A DNA stretch of 64,000 nucleotides from Truepera sp. (GTDB lineage: Bacteria; Deinococcota; Deinococci; Deinococcales; Trueperaceae). A program made the position numbers and the translations under genes. How positions within the stretch are numbered: the first letter of the stretch is position 1; every line of letters begins with the position of its first letter. Shown piece by piece: positions 41,802-50,283 of the stretch. Location: the NCBI GenBank assembly GCA_965218435.1, contig CBDCKW010000009.1, positions 2,432,001-2,496,000 of the forward strand, read 5' to 3'. Under the pieces are notes generated by a model. It saw only the letters and a list, made by a program, of their open reading frames with translations. It did not search any database and was not told where the DNA came from.

Positions 41802-41824
41802 TCCACGCCTCCTTAGACCGCAAC

Positions 41825-42094
41825 TTACAGCTGTGACAGAAGTTTATCGTACTCGTCATGTGTGCCAATCCAGAACCACAGAACGCCTTTTTCGTCACGC
41901 TTACAAACAGCTCGGTACCCTTTACTTACACGCGCCGAGTAAATAGGTAGGCTCGGATGCACGCTTTTGAATTGCAGACTGTTGTGTTGAGGGTTCTGTT
42001 TGAACAGACGATACTGCTTATGTGCTTGTTCCTGAGCGTCTTCAGGGAGTAAGGCAAGCTGTTTGCGGAACTGCTTAGTGGTTCGTGACCTCAC
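41825..42094 (-). CDS. RelE/ParE-superfamily toxin
   Basis: Basic 89 aa, F.K....LP...Q..A.K.Y.LFKQNPQHNSLQFK, YSARV..GYRA, WFWIGTHDEYDKL. Confidence 0.8.
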   Translation of the reverse strand: MRSRTTKQFRKQLALLPEDAQEQAHKQYRLFKQNPQHNSLQFKSVHPSLPIYSARVSKGYRAVCKRDEKGVLWFWIGTHDEYDKLLSQL

Positions 42095-42318
42095 AAGGTT
42101 TTGGCATCGTCACAGTCTTGTGTTAAACCTGCTTCGTCTTCCCCTTCAGCCTCAGCGAGTAGTTTCTCGAGCAGTATAGGTGACTTCGGATGAGCAAAGG
42201 CGGCGTCCCAACGCCTTTCATCCTCGAGTTCTGCCAAAATAAAGTGGGCTATGGCATCTTGGTCTACTTCAGAAAGCTGCCGCACTTCAGCAATAGCTTT
42301 TTCCAGCATTTTGGTCAT
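42091..42318 (-). CDS. Cognate antitoxin of the RelE/ParE-type toxin
   Basis: Acidic 75 aa (MTKMLEKAI.EV..L....QDAIA..IL.ELEDERRWDAAF), 4-nt overlap with the toxin, TATAAT 5 nt before ATG. Confidence 0.75.
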   Translation of the reverse strand: MTKMLEKAIAEVRQLSEVDQDAIAHFILAELEDERRWDAAFAHPKSPILLEKLLAEAEGEDEAGLTQDCDDAKTL

Positions 42319-42334
42319 GATGCATTATACGAGG

Positions 42335-43999
42335 TCAATCAGCTACCGGGTCTTGCACCGGTATTTCGATTTTGGCTCCCTGCGCTTCGGTAGCCCGCAC
42401 TCCGCGCCGCCCGAATTTACGGGCCAGCTCGAGTTCGCTTAAAACGAGCGCCGTAGGCCGCCCGTGTGGACACGCCCACGGGGTCTCACACGCTGCTAAC
42501 GCCTCAAGCAATCCCTGTGCATCTTTATGTACCAGCGCGTGACCCGCTTTTAACGCGGGCAAACATGCCAAGCGGCCCAATACCGCTCGCCAAGCTTCTT
42601 CGGCGCTGCCGCGCCCGAGGGCGTCGGTGACAACGCCGGCTAAGAGTTCAGGGTGTCCAAGTAAAAACGCCGGAACGGTTCGCACCCGCCAGCGGCCCCC
42701 GCCGAAGGGCTCGAGCACCAACCCTTTCGCCGCCAGCTCCCCCTGCCGAGCCAAATACGTCGCCTCATCTTCAGGCATCAGCGGTAAGAGTTCGGCGTGC
42801 GGCAGTTCACGCGGCGGCTCGAGTCGGTAACGCCTCTCTAAGTCCTCAAACAAGATACGTTCGTGCGCTGCGTGTTGGTCAACCACCCAGAGCTGCGCTG
42901 CGCCCTCGGCGAGGAGATAAAGTTCGCGGTAACGGCCCAGATAGGTGAGTGCCGGAAAATTATGACGGGGCGCTGCCGTAACGCCTTGCGCCACGCTAAA
43001 GTCAGGCAGGGCCGGAGCGAGTGAAACCGTGCTGAGAGCTGAGCTGACCGCTTCTTGAACAAACGCCGTGACTTCACCGAGCTGTAAGAACCTGACTCGA
43101 GCCTTGTCAGGCGACGTATTGACCAGAACGGTTTCCGGGGGAACGTTTAGATTAAACACGCCGACCGGGTAGTGTCCGGCGGGCAAAAGTTCTTTGTAAG
43201 ACGCTAAAACTGCCCTAAGCAATCCTTCGTCCCACTCGACCGGGCGACCGTTCACCGCAAGTAAAAGTCGGTCGCGGCGCGGGCGGGTCAGTTCGGGGCG
43301 GGACAAGAGTCCCTCGAGCTGATACGCGCCGGTTTGGTGCTCGAGCGGCAAAAGCCGGTTCGCCGTCACCGGCCCCCAGACAAACTTCGCCGCCTCGACA
43401 AACGACCCGCCCGCATAGCTCCAGCGCGGTTCACTGTCGGTTTCTAAACTCAGCTGCAGCCCCGGATGATGCAGTAAGTAGCGGTTGAGCAGGGTGACAG
43501 CGCGTTTATTTTCAGCAGCGGGGGACTCGAGCGCCTCGTACCGCGCGGGCAGCCGCGCAAACAGCCCAGTCACCTCCGCGCAAGTCCCGTTCGGGGCTGG
43601 GTGACTACGGACGTTTACGGCGTCGCCTTCAGCTAAAAGCGTCACGCCACCGAGTTGACCGGCAGGGCGACTGGTTAAGGAAAGTGTCGCAGCGTGACGC
43701 ACCGCGTAAAGCCCTTCACCGCGAAAGCCGAGCGTGCGAATATCTGTGAGGGACGCGAGTTTTGAGGTGCTGTGCGCGTCTACGGCGAGCGGCAGTTCGG
43801 CCTCGGGAATCCCTGCGCCGTTGTCTCTTACCGTCATGCGGCGGACGCCCCCAGCCTCGAGCCCTACCGAAAGCCGCGTCGCTCCGGCGTCGAGTGCGTT
43901 TTCGACAAGTTCTTTAAGCACGTCTACCGGGGCAGTGACGACCTCACCGGCGGCAATTTCACGGATGAGTTCCGGGGGGAGCTGACGAATTGCGGCCAT
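42335..43999 (-). CDS. mutL: DNA mismatch repair endonuclease MutL
   Basis: IAAGEVV, KELVENALDAGA, TLGFRGEGL, DQHAAHERI, CPHGRP. Confidence 0.96.
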   Translation of the reverse strand: MAAIRQLPPELIREIAAGEVVTAPVDVLKELVENALDAGATRLSVGLEAGGVRRMTVRDNGAGIPEAELPLAVDAHSTSKLASLTDIRTLGFRGEGLYAVRHAATLSLTSRPAGQLGGVTLLAEGDAVNVRSHPAPNGTCAEVTGLFARLPARYEALESPAAENKRAVTLLNRYLLHHPGLQLSLETDSEPRWSYAGGSFVEAAKFVWGPVTANRLLPLEHQTGAYQLEGLLSRPELTRPRRDRLLLAVNGRPVEWDEGLLRAVLASYKELLPAGHYPVGVFNLNVPPETVLVNTSPDKARVRFLQLGEVTAFVQEAVSSALSTVSLAPALPDFSVAQGVTAAPRHNFPALTYLGRYRELYLLAEGAAQLWVVDQHAAHERILFEDLERRYRLEPPRELPHAELLPLMPEDEATYLARQGELAAKGLVLEPFGGGRWRVRTVPAFLLGHPELLAGVVTDALGRGSAEEAWRAVLGRLACLPALKAGHALVHKDAQGLLEALAACETPWACPHGRPTALVLSELELARKFGRRGVRATEAQGAKIEIPVQDPVAD

Positions 44000-44001
44000 C
44001 C

Positions 44002-46527
44002 TTAGCTCACAGGCGTTAGGCCGCGTGCGCGGTCTTTAAGCTCGTGCAAGAGAGCGAGGGCCTCGAGCGGAGACAGACGGTTCAAGTCTTGAGTTAAAAG
44101 CTGTTCGATAACCTCTGTGGCGGCGTCTTGACCGCGGGCCTCGAGCCCGGATAACACCGTCCGCGCCCTCTCCAAAACACTCCCCGGAACCCCTGCGAGT
44201 TTGGCTACCTCTAAGCCATACGCCTTCGACGCTGGCCCCGGTAGAATTTGATGGTAAAAGGTCAACCCGCCCGCCTCTTCTTTCGCGGCGACGTGAAAGT
44301 TACGCACCGCGCCGAGTTTGCCTTCTAACGCGGTCAGTTCAAAGTAGTGTGTGGCAAATAAGACATATGAGCTGGTACACGCTTCTAAGTGTTCAGCCGC
44401 TGCCCACGCCAGTGCTAAGCCGTCAAAGGTGCTCGTCCCGCGTCCGATTTCATCTAACAGCACCAAACTTTTTGGCGTCGCGTGCTGCAAAATGGTCGCT
44501 AACTCGCTCATCTCGACCATAAAGGTGCTGCGCCCCCCGGCAATATCATCCGACGCGCCGATCCGGGTATAGATGCGTTCAAAGAGTGGCAACACCGCGC
44601 GTTCCGCCGGGACGAACGAGCCGATCTGTGCGAGGAGCGCGATCAGCGCCGCCTGCCGCAAATAGGTAGACTTGCCCGACATATTCGGCCCGGTCAGGAT
44701 AATCAGGCGTTCGCTCTTTGAGAGCTGCAAATCGTTTGGGATAAACGGATAAAACCGCTCGACCACCGGGTGACGGCCCCCTTGGATGCTCAGAGCGCCC
44801 TCGGAAAAGCTCGGGCGGCAGTAGCGGCCCTCGGCGGCAACTTCGGCGAGGGCGCTGTAGGTGTCCAACTCGGCTAAGGCCGCGCCGAGTTCGCGCACCG
44901 CGTCGGCAGCCGGGGCGAGGCCAGCCCGCAACTCGCCAAACACAGCGTATTCTCGGCCTCTAGCGGCAGTTTCGGCCCGTAAAATTTCGCGTTCGCGTTC
45001 GCGCAGGTCGGGCCGGACATAACGCTGGCGGTCTTTTAAGGTTTGCACGGCGCGGTAACTTTCCGGCACCTCGTCGTAGTACGGGCGGGTGACCTCGAGG
45101 TAATAGCCAAACACGCCGTTAAAGCCGATTTTTAAGGTTGGAATCCCGGTTGCGGCGCGTTCACCGGACTCTAACGCCGCAATCCACGCCCGCCCCGATT
45201 CGGCAGCGGCGCGGAGCGTATCGAGCTCGCTGTCAAAGCCGCTTTGAATCAGGCCACCTTCGGTGAGTTTGAGCGGTGGGTTTTCTACAAGTGCGGCGCT
45301 GATGCGTTCTTCGGTACTGCTGAGTCCCTGCAGACGTTCAGCTAACGCTTGCAGCGCCCCTTCACTGCGTCCTGCAAGCAAACTTTTAAGCTCCGGGACG
45401 AGGGCCAGACTCCGCGCTAAAGCGCAGAGGTCTCGAGCGTTCGCGCGGCCCGTCACCAGTTTCGAGGCGAGGCGCTCTAGGTCATGCAGTTTGTAAAGTG
45501 CTTTTCTGACCTCACGCCGTAAAACAGTGTCGCGGACAAACGCTTCTACGGCGTCCTGACGGCGGTTAATCAGCGGCTCTTCTAGTAAGGGATGCCGGAG
45601 CCACGCCCGTAAAAGCCTGCGTCCGGGCGCGGTGCGGGTCGTGTCTAAGATGCTTAGCAGCGTGCGAGCTTCGCTACTCGCCGTGGGCGTATTGGCCGAG
45701 AAAACCTCGAGTGTCGCCAAGGCCGTTTCTCCAACCTGCATATAGGCGCTCGGGTCATAGCGTAAAAAACGGGTGACTTGTCCGAGTTGCCCGCGCTGCG
45801 TCGTAAGCGCATACGACAAAACGGCACCGGCAGCGCGTAACACGGCGGCCTCAGCTCCCGGTGGCACGGTGCCAAAGTGAGCCTCGAGCGCACCCTGCGC
45901 CTCGTCTTCCCCAAAACGCCCGCGTGTGACCATCACCGAGAAGCGTTCGCTACACGCTTCGCGGAAATCCTCTTGCGCGTAGAGTTCAGGGGCGAGCAGC
46001 AGTTCAGCGGGGCGGTAGCGGCGAAGCTCGTCAAACAAGGCGCTTTTGCTATATAAGAGCGTGCCGCGGAACTCGCCGGTTGAAACATCTAAAAAGGTCA
46101 GTCCGTAACCCTCGCCGGTGGCGACCGCCGCTAGGTAGTTCGCGTCGGGGCGTAAGAGTTTTTCGTCTGTGACTGTACCGGGCGTGATGAGCTGCGTCAC
46201 CTCACGTTTGACAAGGCCGTCGGCCGTTGCGGGTGTTTCGGTCTGGTCGGCAACCGCCACACAGATATTTTGTTTAAGGAGTCTCTCGAGGTAGGCGTCG
46301 GCGCTCCGCACCGGAATCCCCGACATCGGGGTCGTGAAATCTTTGCTGGTTTTATGCGTCAGGGTGATGTTGATCGCCCGCGCAAACCGCTCGGCGTCTT
46401 CGCCAAACGTTTCGTAAAAGTCGCCGACTTGAAATAAGAGTAGATAGTCCGGGTAACGTTCGCGCAGCTCGACGTACTGCACGAGCAGTGGCGGTAGCGG
46501 CCCGGTTCCCTCCCCCTTAAGCGTCAT
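44002..46527 (-). CDS. mutS: DNA mismatch repair protein MutS
   Basis: FQVGDFYE.F, TGPNMSGKSTYLRQ, STFMVEM, DEIGRGTST, FATHYFELT. Confidence 0.97.
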   Translation of the reverse strand: MTLKGEGTGPLPPLLVQYVELRERYPDYLLLFQVGDFYETFGEDAERFARAINITLTHKTSKDFTTPMSGIPVRSADAYLERLLKQNICVAVADQTETPATADGLVKREVTQLITPGTVTDEKLLRPDANYLAAVATGEGYGLTFLDVSTGEFRGTLLYSKSALFDELRRYRPAELLLAPELYAQEDFREACSERFSVMVTRGRFGEDEAQGALEAHFGTVPPGAEAAVLRAAGAVLSYALTTQRGQLGQVTRFLRYDPSAYMQVGETALATLEVFSANTPTASSEARTLLSILDTTRTAPGRRLLRAWLRHPLLEEPLINRRQDAVEAFVRDTVLRREVRKALYKLHDLERLASKLVTGRANARDLCALARSLALVPELKSLLAGRSEGALQALAERLQGLSSTEERISAALVENPPLKLTEGGLIQSGFDSELDTLRAAAESGRAWIAALESGERAATGIPTLKIGFNGVFGYYLEVTRPYYDEVPESYRAVQTLKDRQRYVRPDLREREREILRAETAARGREYAVFGELRAGLAPAADAVRELGAALAELDTYSALAEVAAEGRYCRPSFSEGALSIQGGRHPVVERFYPFIPNDLQLSKSERLIILTGPNMSGKSTYLRQAALIALLAQIGSFVPAERAVLPLFERIYTRIGASDDIAGGRSTFMVEMSELATILQHATPKSLVLLDEIGRGTSTFDGLALAWAAAEHLEACTSSYVLFATHYFELTALEGKLGAVRNFHVAAKEEAGGLTFYHQILPGPASKAYGLEVAKLAGVPGSVLERARTVLSGLEARGQDAATEVIEQLLTQDLNRLSPLEALALLHELKDRARGLTPVS

Positions 46528-46595
46528 AGGTTTATGATACCGTCTCTTACGAGGTGCTGGTGAAAGGTATTATTGGTAGTTATAGTTGGCTTACC

Positions 46596-47252
46596 ATGCG
46601 CCCGAAAAAAGCACGGAACGCTGAACTGATTAGCACGTATGACGCAGTCGCTGAGCCTTATGCGGACGCGTATTTTGACGAATTGTCGCGTAAACCTTTT
46701 GATTGCGCCCTGCTAGAGCGTTTCGCGGCCTCGCTACCGTCTCGAGGATTGGTCGCTGATATAGGTTGCGGCCCCGGTCAGATTGCACGGTTTCTTAGTG
46801 AGCCTCTTAGTGGGCGCGGTCTCGAGGTGACAGGTTTCGACTTGTCACCCCAGATGGTGGCGGTGGCGCGGCGTCTAAACCCCGAGCTGAACTTCGCTGT
46901 CGGAGATATGCGGAAGCTCGAGGTCGCAGCCGGTACGTTCTCCGGAATCGTTGCCTTTTATTCGATGATTCATCTGCCACGCGCCGAAGTCAGCGACGTT
47001 TTTAGAGAGCTGGGCCGTGTTTTGCGACCCGGCGGCCTTCTACTCGTATCCTTTCATCTAGGCCGCGGCGAAACGCACGCCGAGAACTGGTTTGATAAGG
47101 CAGTATCTGTAACAGCAACATTTTTTGAGGTCGAAGAAGTCGCTGGCTATCTAAGTAGTACGGGCTTTTCAGCAGTTGAGATGCAGGTGCGCCCGCCTTA
47201 CGCCTCCGAGTTGCAGACAGAACGGGGGTACATCATGGCTAAGAAGCTATAA
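46596..47252 (+). CDS. Class I SAM-dependent methyltransferase
   Basis: ADIGCGPG, GFDLSPQMV, GDMR, RVLRPGG. Confidence 0.88.
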   Translation: MRPKKARNAELISTYDAVAEPYADAYFDELSRKPFDCALLERFAASLPSRGLVADIGCGPGQIARFLSEPLSGRGLEVTGFDLSPQMVAVARRLNPELNFAVGDMRKLEVAAGTFSGIVAFYSMIHLPRAEVSDVFRELGRVLRPGGLLLVSFHLGRGETHAENWFDKAVSVTATFFEVEEVAGYLSSTGFSAVEMQVRPPYASELQTERGYIMAKKL

Positions 47253-47289
47253 CTCTCTGCCTGAGACTTATCATCTTCTTTGTTGCAGT

Positions 47290-48150
47290 TCAAACTGTCT
47301 CGGTGAGCGGTGAGACGCCCTTACGCACCTCGACGACGACCTCGAGCCCTGCCCCACCCCCACCACGCCGGAGCCCCCGCACCGGCGGCAGGTCGTCATA
47401 GTCGCGGCCACAGCCGATTTTGACGTGCGCCTCCGTGACCGGGCAGCCGTTGGTCGGGTCAAAACCGACCCAACCGTTTCCGGGCAAAAACGCCTCGACC
47501 CAGGCGTGCGACGCTTCCGCGCCGATCAGCGTCTCGTCGCCCCACGGGTTCGCGTGGATATAACCCGACACGTAACGTGCCGGGATGCCGGAGGCGCGGC
47601 ACAAGGCGAGCATGGCGTGGGCAAAGTCTTGACACACGCCCGAACTGTGCCGCGCAAACTCAGTTAGCGGCGTGTTGACGTCCGTGGCTGAAGGTGAGTA
47701 GCGAAAGCGCCCATGCAGATAGATGTTCATCGCGTTTAGATAGTTTAAGAGTCCCGCTCCGGAAGTAAGCGGCAGCGCCCCGAACGCGCGGTGCCAGTTT
47801 TCGTTAAGCGGGACGCGCAGCGTCGGGGCGAGATATTCGAAAAAGCGGTGACGCAGGTCGGGTAGCGCGTCGGCTGAGACTTCACGCGGAACCGGAACCG
47901 GATAGGTCACGACGGCTGAAGTCGCCTCGATGACGAGTTCGGCGTGGTCATTCGGCAGGTGAAAGTGATAGATTAGGTTGCCGGACTGGTCACGGCGCTC
48001 TCTGACGGTCGCTTTGGGTGAAATTTGTAACTCGAACGCTAAGAGCGTCTGCCGGTAATCGTCAGCGGGGCGCAGCCATACTTCGTTAAACGAGTCCCAA
48101 GCGGGCCGCGCGTAGCTGTAGGTCGTCGTATGGCGGATATTTAGATACAT
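47290..48150 (-). CDS. Transglutaminase-like protein with N-terminal Bact_transglu_N domain
   Basis: IRHTTTYSY, GVCQDFAH, IPARYVSGY, SHAWVE, GFDPTN, GRDYDD. Start at ATG 48150. Confidence 0.9.
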   Translation of the reverse strand: MYLNIRHTTTYSYARPAWDSFNEVWLRPADDYRQTLLAFELQISPKATVRERRDQSGNLIYHFHLPNDHAELVIEATSAVVTYPVPVPREVSADALPDLRHRFFEYLAPTLRVPLNENWHRAFGALPLTSGAGLLNYLNAMNIYLHGRFRYSPSATDVNTPLTEFARHSSGVCQDFAHAMLALCRASGIPARYVSGYIHANPWGDETLIGAEASHAWVEAFLPGNGWVGFDPTNGCPVTEAHVKIGCGRDYDDLPPVRGLRRGGGGAGLEVVVEVRKGVSPLTETV

Positions 48151-48273
48151 AGCTCTGCGGAGTATAGCAAGGGTTTTCGGGTTGACTGTGCAATCTGCAC
48201 GTAGCTCCAGCCCTCGTCCGACCTCATTTAGATGAACCTTCAACGTCTATAAATCCGACTTCTTTACTGGTTG

Positions 48274-48296
48274 TTAATCGGAATCATTCCGATTAA
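48274..48296. promoter_or_regulatory. Perfect 11-1-11 inverted repeat, putative metal-responsive operator
   Basis: TTAATCGGAAT-C-ATTCCGATTAA overlapping TAAGCT (-10), 8 bp before the VIT-family ATG. Confidence 0.65.
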
Positions 48297-48304
48297 GCTA
48301 AAGC

Positions 48305-48862
48305 ATGACTACGGAATCTACTGCCTCTAAATCAGACAACCAGACCACTGCCCCCGAAACCCTCGCTCCCGAACCCCGCGACGATTCTCACGATTTCGTC
48401 TTACGCGTCGTCCAACCCGGACTGCTCGGGCTGATGGACGGCTCCGTCTCGACGCTCGCACCGATTTTTGCGGCGGCTGAACTGACCGGGCGACCCTTCG
48501 CCGCCTTTATCGTCGGGGTCGCAGCGGCGCTCGGGGCGGGCGTCAGCATGGGCCTCGCCGAAGCACTTTCAGACGACGGCAAGGTTTCCGGACGCGGCAA
48601 CCCGTGGCTCCGTGGCGGCGTCACGGGGCTTGCCACGATGCTCGGCGGGCTGCTCCATACGTTGCCCTTTTTGCTGCCGAACCTGCGGACTGCGCTGACG
48701 CTGGCGTATGTGGTAGTAGGGCTCGAGCTGCTCGCCATCGCCTATATCCGCTACCACTTTATGAAAAGCCCACTCGGGCAGACGATTTTGCAGGTTATCG
48801 TCGGCGGCGGGATTGTCTTCGGGATTGGGATTTTGCTCGGGCAATTAGGCGCAGGTGCGTAA
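48305..48862 (+). CDS. VIT1/CCC1-family membrane protein (like the MbfA membrane domain), putative iron/manganese exporter
   Basis: [50 protein letters not shown]. Confidence 0.85.
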   Translation: MTTESTASKSDNQTTAPETLAPEPRDDSHDFVLRVVQPGLLGLMDGSVSTLAPIFAAAELTGRPFAAFIVGVAAALGAGVSMGLAEALSDDGKVSGRGNPWLRGGVTGLATMLGGLLHTLPFLLPNLRTALTLAYVVVGLELLAIAYIRYHFMKSPLGQTILQVIVGGGIVFGIGILLGQLGAGA

Positions 48863-48881
48863 ACGTTCAGTTTTGGCTGGT

Positions 48882-48919
48882 TTGACAATTATACCAAGAT
48901 ACCTTAAAATTTAAGGTAT
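48882..48919 (+). promoter_or_regulatory. Consensus sigma70 leaderless promoter with perfect 10-1-10 palindrome
   Basis: TTGACA (48882), 17 bp spacer, TAAAAT (48905), ATG at 48918. Palindrome ATACCTTAAA-A-TTTAAGGTAT at 48899-48919. Confidence 0.7.
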
Positions 48920-49319
48920 GTGTTCTACAAATTATTTCAATACCCTGATTGAAATTGCCGAGGATTGCACCGCTACGAGCAGCGAAATCCCTCCCATCAA
49001 AGGAAATAAAAAATCGGTAGCGAATCTGACTTATGAGATTCTAATTGGACACCCCTACAAGTTCACTTCGGATGACGTTTTGTTCTCTGTCTTTGCCGCA
49101 AGGCAAAAGCTACCTAAAGAAAGTCTAGCAAAGGAAAGAGAACGTTTTTTTTCAAAAGGGCAACCTTGTTTCCGCGCTTCACCGCTAACCAAAAGATATG
49201 GCTGGGGTGTTCACAGCAACGAAGAAGGCAAAATCGCTATGTACGGCGTCGAGTCGGCAGAATATCAGAAGCTCGTTACAGACACATCGGTCACGAAGAA
49301 AAAAGCCATGCGTTCGTAA
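48918..49319 (+). CDS. Conserved hypothetical protein (DUF6157-like), AT-rich
   Basis: TNYFNTLIEIAEDC, FFSKGQPCFRASPLTKRYGWGVH, KKAMRS. Confidence 0.75.
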   Translation: MCSTNYFNTLIEIAEDCTATSSEIPPIKGNKKSVANLTYEILIGHPYKFTSDDVLFSVFAARQKLPKESLAKERERFFSKGQPCFRASPLTKRYGWGVHSNEEGKIAMYGVESAEYQKLVTDTSVTKKKAMRS

Positions 49320-49378
49320 AGAGCCAAATAGCTTCGGCAAAAGTATTTCATAGATATGCCTGCGAGTAAGATGGACTT

Positions 49379-50179
49379 ATGGAACTCTATCTGGGCACGG
49401 GCGGCTACAGCAACGACGATTGGAACGGTATCTTTTACCCCGAAGACGCCAAATCGTCGCAGTACTTGGGACTCTACGCCGAACACTTTAACGCGGTTGA
49501 ACTTAACAGCAGTTTTTACAACATCCCCGGCACTAAAGCGTTCGCCGGGATGGTTAAAAAAAGTGACGGTAAGGTGCGTTTTGCGATCAAGCTGCCGAGT
49601 GCCATGACGCACAGCCGCGACGCCGACGCTGAACTCTATAAGCGGCTCTTTGAATCGGTGGAGCCACTCCGCGAGGCGGGGATGCTGGGGCCGTTTTTGG
49701 CGCAGTTTCCCTATTCGTTTCACCGGACACCGGACAACCGCGTCTATCTAAAATCGCTGACTGACCGTTTTACCGAAGCGGGGGAGGCGCTCGCGGTTGA
49801 GTTTCGCACTGCTGACTGGCACCTGCCCGGAGTCTACGACGCGCTTGCAAAATCCGGTTTGATTGCCGTAAGTGTAGACTATCCGCAGCTACCGAATATG
49901 CCTAAACCTGTGCTGCTGCAAACCTCGAGCACCGCCTACATCCGGCTCCACGGGCGCAACGAAAAAACTTGGTACGGCGGTAAAAGTGCGGCTGAGCGGC
50001 ACGACTACTTATACAGCAAAGATGAACTGCAGCCGTGGGTTCGGGCGGTGGTGGGGAGTGAGCTCGAGCAGGTCTACCTCATGTTCTTAAACACCACTAA
50101 GGGCCACGCGCTTAAAAACCTCAAGATGATAGATGAGCTTTTCGCTGAAGCAGGCATAGAAGCGCCGATGTCTCTATGA
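49379..50179 (+). CDS. DUF72 family protein
   Basis: YLGTGGYS..DW.G.FYP, VELNSSFY, QFPYSF, AVEFR, YIRLHGRN, YLYS. Confidence 0.9.
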   Translation: MELYLGTGGYSNDDWNGIFYPEDAKSSQYLGLYAEHFNAVELNSSFYNIPGTKAFAGMVKKSDGKVRFAIKLPSAMTHSRDADAELYKRLFESVEPLREAGMLGPFLAQFPYSFHRTPDNRVYLKSLTDRFTEAGEALAVEFRTADWHLPGVYDALAKSGLIAVSVDYPQLPNMPKPVLLQTSSTAYIRLHGRNEKTWYGGKSAAERHDYLYSKDELQPWVRAVVGSELEQVYLMFLNTTKGHALKNLKMIDELFAEAGIEAPMSL

Positions 50180-50283
50180 GACGTGTCTGTGATAAGACAG
50201 CCTACCTGCTCACGGGCTCGAGAAAGCAAGTTTGAGCCAAAAAGCGGATAGCTCAGGGTCAGCGTCCGGGGTAGCGTAGGGCT

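Noticed and set aside
2909..48150. YbdK-like ligase and transglutaminase as a peptide-tagging or pupylation-like system
   Set aside because: They are 43 kb apart with no alpha-E, circularly permuted ATP-grasp or proteasome-type peptidase gene beside either
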